Source: Minisyncoccota bacterium
GTDB taxonomy: Bacteria; Patescibacteriota; Minisyncoccia; Phycocordibacterales; UBA6065
Direction: 5' to 3'
Length of the DNA stretch: 64,000 nucleotides
NCBI GenBank assembly: GCA_035438745.1
Contig: DAORIX010000001.1
Span: 3,075-67,074, forward strand
Position 1 is the first letter of the stretch, and each line of letters opens with the position of its first letter. The translations under genes were made by a program, and so were the position numbers. This document shows positions 1 through 7,179 of this stretch, piece after piece. Below the pieces are notes generated by a model, which made no database searches, had not been told where the DNA came from, and saw only the letters and a program-made list of their open reading frames with translations.

Positions 1-740
1 ATCACATGGAGGGACACATACTCATTTCACTTCTTGGGCAAGAAAAAGAAAAAACTGTTTCTGCTCCCGCTACACGCTACACCCTACACACTCTCACCTA
101 TCCCGCCCTCGCACTTCTCATATCAGGAGGTCACACCGAACTCGTACACATGGAAAAAGAAAAATCCTACACCGTCGTAGGCCAGACGCTCGATGACGCC
201 GTCGGAGAATGTTTTGATAAAATAGCTCGCACTCTTTCGCTCCCCTATCCTGGAGGACCAGAAATATCGCGCCTTGCAGACATAGCACGCACAAACAACA
301 TACACTCACCAGAAAAACTCCCTCGACCCATGCTTCATTCGGGCAATCTTGATTTTTCTTTTTCGGGACTCAAAACTGCGGTACTCTATCTCACACAAAA
401 AATCGGTACCCTCACCGAAGAAGTAAAACAAGGAATCGCGCGAGAAGCCGAGGAAGCAATCACCGATGTAATCATTGCAAAGACACGCAAAGCAATTGAA
501 ACCTACGGCTCAGAAACACTCATTATTGGAGGAGGTGTTATTGCAAACGCACACCTTAGGGATGCGCTCACAAAACTTGCCCAAGAAAAAAATATCACCT
601 CTCATATTCCACTCATTTCTCACTCAACAGACAATGCGCTCATGATAGCGCTCGCAGGCTACCTGAATCGAGACAAGGCACAGACAGGAAATACACCTAT
701 ACAAGCGCAAGGAAATCTCCGTATTGATACGACCGCCTAG
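1..740 (+). CDS. tsaD: tRNA N6-adenosine threonylcarbamoyltransferase TsaD (5'-truncated by window edge)
   Basis: HMEGH metal motif at the window edge, plus LISGGHT, DDAVGECFDK, YPGGP, FSFSGLKT and TDNALMIA motifs; true start lies upstream of base 1. Confidence 0.96.
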   Translation, partial: HMEGHILISLLGQEKEKTVSAPATRYTLHTLTYPALALLISGGHTELVHMEKEKSYTVVGQTLDDAVGECFDKIARTLSLPYPGGPEISRLADIARTNNIHSPEKLPRPMLHSGNLDFSFSGLKTAVLYLTQKIGTLTEEVKQGIAREAEEAITDVIIAKTRKAIETYGSETLIIGGGVIANAHLRDALTKLAQEKNITSHIPLISHSTDNALMIALAGYLNRDKAQTGNTPIQAQGNLRIDTTA

Positions 741-1357
741 TACTCGCCTCCGAGAATATCTTTTACGAGAGGTATAACCCTCAAAGCAATTTTTGCATAC
801 CCAGCGTCATTAGGATGTATTGCATCACTCATGTAACGAGAATCAGCAAAAAGACCGCTCAAAACATCAGGAATGTATGCTGAGCCCGTTGAGTCTGCAA
901 TGTCCTCATACATTGAGTCATACGGATCACCCAGAATGCCTCCGCGCACACCGAGAAGTACAGTGACTGCACCAGCATTTTGAAATGTAGAAATAATCGA
1001 GCGTAAATTCTTTTCGGTGTCGACTCGAGACACACGACGCAGTGCATCATTGCCTCCCAAAAGAATTAAAACGACATTCGGTTTTTTTACGAGAGCGTCA
1101 GGGACACGGAGAACACCGTCAGATGTTGTGTTTCCTGATTTTCCAAAATTTAAAACAGGAACACCGATTCCACGACCAATGAGGGATGGCAAATCATTGC
1201 CCTTTGTCGCACCGACGCCCTCGACGAGACTGTCGCCAAACATCATCACTGTATTTCCTTGGGGTGGATAATTGGTGAGAGGTGTTTTTTTGAAAAACAA
1301 AAACCACGCACTAACGCAAACGATTATAAGTACGAAAAGTATAGTTTTTTTATTCAT
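737..1357 (-). CDS. SGNH/GDSL hydrolase (TesA-like arylesterase) with N-terminal membrane anchor
   Basis: FGDSL block I, GGND block III, DAIHPN block V; hydrophobic N-terminus; stop overlaps the tsaD stop at CTAG. Confidence 0.9.
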   Translation of the reverse strand: MNKKTILFVLIIVCVSAWFLFFKKTPLTNYPPQGNTVMMFGDSLVEGVGATKGNDLPSLIGRGIGVPVLNFGKSGNTTSDGVLRVPDALVKKPNVVLILLGGNDALRRVSRVDTEKNLRSIISTFQNAGAVTVLLGVRGGILGDPYDSMYEDIADSTGSAYIPDVLSGLFADSRYMSDAIHPNDAGYAKIALRVIPLVKDILGGEY

Positions 1358-1366
1358 GCAGATTTT

Positions 1367-1624
1367 TTATTTACCCCAACGAAAACGTGGTTTCTCGCCG
1401 GTGAGATAACACACGAGAATGAGTAGTAGAGTGAGAGCGAGAGAAGGCACCACATCGGCAAAGAAAACAATATCAGCGGATACCGGTGTCGAAGCGTGTA
1501 TGCCATCAAATATGTATACGATACCGACAATATAGAGAGCCAAAACAGCCCATCCTTCCCATGATGAAGGCGTCCAACCCCAGCCATAGCGCTTTGACTT
1601 GAACCACATTTTTTTGGTTATCAT
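1367..1624 (-). CDS. Small two-TM membrane protein (WFKxKxYGWGWTP type)
   Basis: Trp-rich WFKSKRYGWGWTPSSWEGW, two hydrophobic segments, GEKPRFRWG C-terminus; ATG 1624 chosen over TTG 1633. Confidence 0.75.
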   Translation of the reverse strand: MITKKMWFKSKRYGWGWTPSSWEGWAVLALYIVGIVYIFDGIHASTPVSADIVFFADVVPSLALTLLLILVCYLTGEKPRFRWGK

Positions 1625-1646
1625 ATGTTTCAAAAATTAAAATAAT

Positions 1647-2093
1647 CTAACGAGTAAGATAAAAAATAAGCAGAAACAGTGAGCTCCACCACAGAGTAAA
1701 AGAGATCACGAAACTCACCGTTATCAACTGCTGAATGTGACGAGGTAACAGCTCAGACGAGCGACCCTCCCTCTCCTGACGGAGCAAATACGGACTAATA
1801 TAAAACGACAAAAAACATCCATTCAAAATCAAAACACCAAAAGCGATAGCGTGGAAAAGAGGTATACCACGTAGAGCTTCACCCCAATAAAAATAAGTGC
1901 CCGCAGTAATTACCAAAAAAGTTCCTATCCAAATCAAAGGCTTGGTCACTTTGTGAGTACGAATCGTTGCCTCCGTCCAATACGATGATTTTCTACCCAA
2001 AAAACCATGGAGATCGATCACCGTAACCGCTCCGAGACCGATGACGAAACCAGCACATATGAGAAACAAAGCAATGGTGTCAAAAATAGCCAT
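1647..2093 (-). CDS. Hypothetical four-TM membrane protein
   Basis: 148-aa ORF with four hydrophobic helices, co-oriented with its neighbours. Confidence 0.75.
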   Translation of the reverse strand: MAIFDTIALFLICAGFVIGLGAVTVIDLHGFLGRKSSYWTEATIRTHKVTKPLIWIGTFLVITAGTYFYWGEALRGIPLFHAIAFGVLILNGCFLSFYISPYLLRQEREGRSSELLPRHIQQLITVSFVISFTLWWSSLFLLIFYLTR

Positions 2094-2196
2094 ATGTAAT
2101 TAAAAATAGTTACTCTATATCTCTATCATACACCTCTGCGTTACCCTTGAACACAAAGGACAAAAACTCTTTAATTTGCTATGATTTTTCATATCT

Positions 2197-4362
2197 ATGA
2201 TACACAAAGATCCAGCGATACCTGAGAAATTTCTAAAACCATACAACCCCAAGGAAACTGAGGAGATTTTGTACAAAAAGTGGCTTGATTCAGGCTATTT
2301 TAATCCTGACAATTTGCCTTCACGCCATACAACACCTTTTTCAATAGTACTCCCCCCTCCAAACGTTACGGGAACCCTTCACATGGGACACGCATCGATG
2401 CTCGTTATCCAAGACATCATGGTTCGTTACAAGCGCATGATGGGATTCAAAACTCTCTGGATACCAGGCACTGATCACGCGGCAATCGCCACACAATCAA
2501 AGGTTGAAAGTGAAATCTACAAAAAAGAAGGCAAACGTCGCCACGATTTGGGTCGCGAAGAATTACTCAAACGAATTGAAAAATTCGCGCGTGAGAGTCA
2601 CGACACGATTGTAAACCAAACAAAGCGTATGGGTGCTTCACTCGACTGGTCACGAGAAGCCTACACGCTCGATGCACCACGTGAAAAAGCGGTGTTTGAG
2701 GCATTCAAGCAGATGTATAACGACAAGCTCATCTATCGAGGTCACAAAATCGTAAACTGGGATCCGAAAGGACAAACAACTATCTCTGATGACGAAATCG
2801 TATACGTTGAAGAAAAAACAAAGTTCTACTATTTCACCTACGGCCCCTTTACCATTGGAACGGCTCGTCCCGAAACAAAATTTGGTGACAAATATGTCGT
2901 GATGCATCCTGACGACGAACGCTATGCGCAGTACAAACATGGCGACACGTTAGACATCGAATGGATTAACGGACCAATGAAAGCGACAATTATAAAAGAC
3001 CCGTCAATCGACATGGCATTCGGAACAGGCGTTATGACAATCACTCCGTGGCACTCACGAGTAGACTTTGATATTGCTGAGAAATTCAAACTAGAAAAGG
3101 AACCTATCATCGATAGCTACGGAAAACTCCTCCCTATCGCCAAGGAATTTGCCGGCATGAAAATACTCGATGCACGACCAAAAATTGTTGAGAAACTAAA
3201 AGCAAAAGGACTTCTCGTAAAAGAAGAAGACTATACGCACAACATCGCTACCGCAGAAAGAACCGGAGGTATTGTTGAGCCTCAAATAATGAATCAGTGG
3301 TTTATTGATGTAAACAAAAAAATACCCGCTCGAGACAATAAAACCCTCAAAGAATTAATGCTCGGGACAGTAGAGAATAAACAAATTGATTTTTTGCCGG
3401 AACGCTTCGAAAAAGTCTACACGCACTGGATCACAAACCTTCGCGATTGGTGTATTTCACGCCAAATCTGGTTTGGTCACCGAATACCTGTCTGGTACAA
3501 AGACGGTGAAGAAAAAGTAAGCCTCACAAGCCCCGGAGAAGGCTGGATTCAGGATGAAGACACTCTCGATACGTGGTTTTCTTCGGGATTGTGGACATTT
3601 TCAACACTTGGCTGGCCAGAGAAGACAAAAGATTTTCAAACATATCACCCAACATCGGTACTCGAAACCGGATATGACATTATATTCTTTTGGGTTGCAC
3701 GCATGATTCTCATGTCGACCTATCTCATAGGAACCATTCCATTCAAAACCGTATACCTCAACGGAATTGTTCGAAATGCTGATGGATCAAAAATGTCTAA
3801 ATCAAAAGGAGCAATAGACCCTCTCGAAATGTGCGACACCTACGGAACAGACGCCGTACGCATGAGCCTCATTGTGGGTACAGGACCCGGAAACGACACC
3901 AAAATGTCTGAAGATAAAATCCGTGCCTACAAAAACTTTGCAAACAAACTCTGGAACATCACCCGATTCGTCCTCTCTTCAACAGAGGGAGAAACTATCG
4001 AACCATCATTCTCCGCTTTCTCAGCACAGGATAAAGAGCTCATGTTGAAACAGAAGACCTTGCTCGCCGAAATCACCAAAGAAATGGATGAATACAAGTT
4101 TTATCTCGTAGGAGAAAAGCTCTACGCGTACACATGGCATGAATTTGCCGACATCATCCTCGAGGAATCAAAAAAGATTCTGCTCGAGGGCACAGATACT
4201 GAAAAGAAATCTCGTAAACAATTCCTCCTCCATACACTCGTACTCATCCTAAAGACTCTTCATCCTTTTGTTCCTTTCGTAACAGAAGAAATCTGGAAAG
4301 ATATTCCCCTACCAAACAAAAAAGACCTTATAATAGAGACGTGGCCTTATGAACTCAATTAG
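2197..4362 (+). CDS. valS: Valine--tRNA ligase (short form, no C-terminal coiled coil)
   Basis: PPPNVTGTLHMGH (HIGH), GTDHA, DWCISRQIWFGHRIP, DTLDTWFSS, KMSKS. Confidence 0.97.
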   Translation: MIHKDPAIPEKFLKPYNPKETEEILYKKWLDSGYFNPDNLPSRHTTPFSIVLPPPNVTGTLHMGHASMLVIQDIMVRYKRMMGFKTLWIPGTDHAAIATQSKVESEIYKKEGKRRHDLGREELLKRIEKFARESHDTIVNQTKRMGASLDWSREAYTLDAPREKAVFEAFKQMYNDKLIYRGHKIVNWDPKGQTTISDDEIVYVEEKTKFYYFTYGPFTIGTARPETKFGDKYVVMHPDDERYAQYKHGDTLDIEWINGPMKATIIKDPSIDMAFGTGVMTITPWHSRVDFDIAEKFKLEKEPIIDSYGKLLPIAKEFAGMKILDARPKIVEKLKAKGLLVKEEDYTHNIATAERTGGIVEPQIMNQWFIDVNKKIPARDNKTLKELMLGTVENKQIDFLPERFEKVYTHWITNLRDWCISRQIWFGHRIPVWYKDGEEKVSLTSPGEGWIQDEDTLDTWFSSGLWTFSTLGWPEKTKDFQTYHPTSVLETGYDIIFFWVARMILMSTYLIGTIPFKTVYLNGIVRNADGSKMSKSKGAIDPLEMCDTYGTDAVRMSLIVGTGPGNDTKMSEDKIRAYKNFANKLWNITRFVLSSTEGETIEPSFSAFSAQDKELMLKQKTLLAEITKEMDEYKFYLVGEKLYAYTWHEFADIILEESKKILLEGTDTEKKSRKQFLLHTLVLILKTLHPFVPFVTEEIWKDIPLPNKKDLIIETWPYELN

Positions 4363-5077
4363 CACCCTCACGTATGCAGGTCTCGCCGGTATATTGCCCG
4401 CTCTCGCGTGGTTGTGGTTTTGGTTGCGAGAAGACAAACTCCATCCTGAACCTAGGGGACGCATTGCACTTTGTTTTATCGCTGGAATGCTCGCAGTACT
4501 GATTGTGATTGGACCAGAAAGATTTGTAGCACGTTATCTCGGCTTTGATGGTGATTTTTACTCTTTTTTCCAAAGTGCGGCAACTCTCATAAAAATAAAG
4601 CTATTCGTCTCATGGTCTGCCATCGAAGAGTTAGCAAAATACATGATGGTACTCCTCGTTGCACTGCAATCAAAAGATTTTGATGAGCCTGTAGATGCGC
4701 TCATGTATACCATCACGGTGGCTTTAGGATTTTCTGCCCTCGAAAACGCAGCTTTTGTCCTCCCCCATTTCCTCTCACACGACATCGTACAAGGGTTTAT
4801 TGTAGGAAACCTACGATTTCTCGGTGCGAGCCTTCTCCACGTGGTCTCCTCGGCGGCAATCGGCTTTGCCATTGCACACTCGTTTTACATGAGTTTTTGG
4901 AAAAAAATCTTTTGGAATATTGGCGGAGTTGTCACCGCAATCATATTGCATACAACCTTTAATTTCTTTATAATAGACAGCAACGGAAGCAAAACCTTTT
5001 TGATCTTTGGAATTCTGTGGACGGGTACAATCATACTCCTCCTATTATTTGAGAAACTAAAAAAATTAAACGCATAA
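4349..5077 (+). CDS. prsW: PrsW-family intramembrane glutamic protease
   Basis: EDKLHPEP, IEELAK, GFSALEN, LH and ILHTTFN motifs; multi-TM. Confidence 0.9.
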   Translation: MNSISTLTYAGLAGILPALAWLWFWLREDKLHPEPRGRIALCFIAGMLAVLIVIGPERFVARYLGFDGDFYSFFQSAATLIKIKLFVSWSAIEELAKYMMVLLVALQSKDFDEPVDALMYTITVALGFSALENAAFVLPHFLSHDIVQGFIVGNLRFLGASLLHVVSSAAIGFAIAHSFYMSFWKKIFWNIGGVVTAIILHTTFNFFIIDSNGSKTFLIFGILWTGTIILLLLFEKLKKLNA

Positions 5078-5079
5078 CC

Positions 5080-5532
5080 ATGCTCCAGTCAAAAAAATCA
5101 TTCTTTGAAAGACTTACTGGTACCGTCAAAATAGATGACGAGAATGAGCTCATGGCCCACGACAATGTGCCTAACCCGAGCATTCTCGATGAGGATCCAA
5201 CAGACGGACAGCTCGCGGTTGATGTGTATCGCACACCAGAAGAAATAGTAATCAAAACAATGATTGCGGGTGTTCGTCCTGACGATCTCGATATAAACAT
5301 CACCCGAAGCATGGTGACAATACGCGGAAAGAGAGAGGAATCTCGTGAGGTACGTGATAATGACTACTTTTTTAGAGAACTCTATTGGGGAACATTCTCT
5401 AGAACCATATCTCTCCCCGAAGAAATCGAAGTTGAAGACGCTGAGGCAATAGAAAAACACGGACTTCTCATTATACGCTTGCCGAAAATAGACAAAGCAC
5501 GAAATAACAAACTCAAAGTTAAGTCGTCATAA
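5080..5532 (+). CDS. Small heat-shock protein Hsp20/alpha-crystallin
   Basis: VDVY, RELYWGTFSRTISLP and GLLIIRLPK alpha-crystallin motifs. Confidence 0.93.
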   Translation: MLQSKKSFFERLTGTVKIDDENELMAHDNVPNPSILDEDPTDGQLAVDVYRTPEEIVIKTMIAGVRPDDLDINITRSMVTIRGKREESREVRDNDYFFRELYWGTFSRTISLPEEIEVEDAEAIEKHGLLIIRLPKIDKARNNKLKVKSS

Positions 5533-5534
5533 AG

Positions 5535-5564
5535 AAAAAACCACCTCGAGAGAGGTGGTTTTTT
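5535..5564. terminator. Bidirectional intrinsic terminator after hsp20
   Basis: AAAAAACCACCTC-GAGA-GAGGTGGTTTTTT. Confidence 0.85.
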
Positions 5565-5745
5565 GACCCAGGGTTTCTCCCTCGACTAAAACTTTTTCGA
5601 ATCAGGTTCGGTCCTTACAGGACCAGTACCCCGATTGGACGCGTAAGAACGCGTACTCAATCGGGCTTCGAACCTGGGGCGGGCAGTGCCTCCGCACTGC
5701 CCTTCCAAGCACAAGAAAAAAACGGCCTATGCCGTTTTTTGCTTG
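5565..5745 (-). repeat. Structured tRNA-Phe 3' trailer containing an inverted, hairpin-interrupted copy of the tRNA 3' end
   Basis: CCAG 5623-5626, TTCGAACCTGGG 5667-5678 and TCCAAGCACAAG 5704-5715 are reverse complements of 5742-5769; hairpins at 5630-5665 and 5681-5702 separate them; terminator-like hairpin at 5716-5740. Confidence 0.8.
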
Positions 5746-5818
5746 TGCTTGGACCCAGGTTCGAACTGGGGACCCTTCCCTCTTCAGGGGAATGCTCTAC
5801 CAACTGAGCTATCCAAGC
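5746..5818 (-). tRNA. tRNA-Phe(GAA), CCA not encoded
   Basis: Cloverleaf: acceptor GCTTGGA/TCCAAGC, D arm GCTC-AGTTGGTA-GAGC, anticodon arm TTCCC-CTGAAGA-GGGAA, T arm CCCAG-TTCGAAC-CTGGG. Confidence 0.96.
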
Positions 5819-5823
5819 AAGTA

Positions 5824-6102
5824 TTATTCTGTGAGCGATTTCAAATTATCGAGCGTGTTGTTGAGCAAAGAGCCCGGATGAAGCATGTCATTTGAACCCT
5901 GCTCAACACTACCAACAAAAGACTCAAGATATGGCTGTATCAGATAATATGCACCAAAGAATGATCCAAGAATGAGTCCGTAGTAAACAACCTTCATAAC
6001 TGTACCGAGAAACACTGCCTTTTTCATCTTTAAAAGCAAAGCGTTGTTTTCTTTCGCAAGCTCAAACGTTCTTTTTAAAAGGTCTTTTTCTTCTGGTGAC
6101 AT
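5824..6102 (-). CDS. Hypothetical single-TM protein, probably co-transcribed with tRNA-Phe
   Basis: 92-aa ORF with a central TM; TTGATT-16-TATACT just upstream; stop is 5 nt before the tRNA. Confidence 0.75.
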   Translation of the reverse strand: MSPEEKDLLKRTFELAKENNALLLKMKKAVFLGTVMKVVYYGLILGSFFGAYYLIQPYLESFVGSVEQGSNDMLHPGSLLNNTLDNLKSLTE

Positions 6103-6179
6103 ACAGGGGTGAGTATAGCAAAAAATACCTTAAAATCAACACACGCCACGGTATATACGAGTAATACGAATACGCCTAG

Positions 6180-6251
6180 TGCCCCTGCCAAGAATTGAAC
6201 TTGGATCAGCTCGTTAGGAGTGAGCTATTCTATCCGTTGAACTACAGGGGC
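6180..6251 (-). tRNA. tRNA-Arg(CCT), CCA not encoded
   Basis: Acceptor GCCCCTG/CAGGGGC, D arm GTTC-AACGGATA-GAAT, anticodon loop CT-CCT-AA, T arm CCAAG-TTCAATT-CTTGG. Confidence 0.93.
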
Positions 6252-6271
6252 GATTTATTAAAACTACCACC

Positions 6272-6316
6272 TACCAAGCAAAAAACAAAGCATGAGGCTT
6301 TGTTTTTTGCTTGGTA
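6272..6316. terminator. Perfect 20-bp inverted repeat / terminator after the glutaredoxin gene
   Basis: TACCAAGCAAAAAACAAAGC-ATGAG-GCTTTGTTTTTTGCTTGGTA. Confidence 0.75.
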
Positions 6317-6333
6317 TAAAAAGCGAATGAACA

Positions 6334-6570
6334 CTATTTTACCCCGAGAAGATCAGCTACCGTGCCCTTGTCAAAACCAACAACAACTTGACCATCAATA
6401 TCAATAACAGGCACGCCCATTTGACCACTTTTTTCTACCATTTCTTTTCTACGCAAAGCGTCAGAAGCAACATTAAACTCCGTATATGTTATGTTATTTT
6501 TCTTAAAAAAATCTTTTGCCATCGTGCAGTACGTACAAGTAGGTGTTGAATAGATCAATACATTTTTCAT
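6334..6570 (-). CDS. Glutaredoxin-like (NrdH/YruB-type) redoxin
   Basis: YSTPTCTYC (CxxC), GQMGVPVI, VVGFD. Confidence 0.93.
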   Translation of the reverse strand: MKNVLIYSTPTCTYCTMAKDFFKKNNITYTEFNVASDALRRKEMVEKSGQMGVPVIDIDGQVVVGFDKGTVADLLGVK

Positions 6571-6629
6571 ATGTTTTTCTAAATTAATGTGTACTCAAGT
6601 ATACCACAATGAAAAAACAGGAATACTCA

Positions 6630-7016
6630 TTAGAAAATACTTTTCACAAAAGAGAAAAGGCGTTTAAAAATACCCTCCTCAGATACAGTATCAGGGTTTT
6701 TTTGACCTGCTTCGTCCTCAATAAGCACAACAACACGTTCACCCTCCTTCACAAAGCCAAATTTTTCACGAACCTCTCGTTCTTTTCCTTGGAGTGTTCC
6801 GAGGGCAGCAATTTTTTTATCGAGCATATCTCGCCTGTCTTCTACCAGGAGATACTCTTTCTGGGTTTGAGCCCGTATAAGCTTACTCTTTTGAAACTTC
6901 TCATGCGCATTGAAAACTGGTCGAATCATGAGGAGGCACAATAGAAAAAGTACCCCGAGAGCATACCGAGAATGGAGCATTTGCTTGAACCTGCGTCTAT
7001 TTTGGAACTCTTTCAT
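6630..7016 (-). CDS. Septum formation initiator (FtsB/DivIC-like) protein
   Basis: Short basic N-terminus, one TM, coiled coil, then EREVREKFGFVKEGERVV. Confidence 0.75.
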   Translation of the reverse strand: MKEFQNRRRFKQMLHSRYALGVLFLLCLLMIRPVFNAHEKFQKSKLIRAQTQKEYLLVEDRRDMLDKKIAALGTLQGKEREVREKFGFVKEGERVVVLIEDEAGQKNPDTVSEEGIFKRLFSFVKSIF

Positions 7017-7032
7017 GCGTATCGTTTAGATG

Positions 7033-7061
7033 TTGCTAAACTTTTTACCTGTCTTTATACT
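7033..7061 (+). promoter_or_regulatory. Sigma70-type promoter for a leaderless small ORF
   Basis: TTGCTA-17 nt-TATACT, ending 7 nt before ATG 7069. Confidence 0.6.
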
Positions 7062-7068
7062 GTATCAC

Positions 7069-7179
7069 ATGATTATAGACCCAAAAAAACGAAAACACCT
7101 CAATATCGCATCAGCAATACTTGCGGTTCTTATTATTGTGAGCATGATACTCCTCTATCTTCCAGCTCTCTACTCTTAG
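7069..7179 (+). CDS. 36-aa single-pass membrane microprotein (not in ORF track)
   Basis: MIIDPKKRKHLNIASAILAVLIIVSMILLYLPALYS*; basic N-terminus plus TM; own promoter; stop overlaps the lepA stop. Confidence 0.65.
   Translation: MIIDPKKRKHLNIASAILAVLIIVSMILLYLPALYS

Noticed and set aside
5596-5630. SRP RNA (TCAGG... resemblance)
   Set aside because: Lacks the GNRA tetraloop and the AGCAG partner of the SRP domain IV motif
5623-5715. tRNA 3'-end duplicate as an attR site or a second (intron-containing) tRNA gene
   Set aside because: The copy is inverted rather than direct, and no matching D arm, anticodon arm or 5' acceptor strand is present on the plus strand
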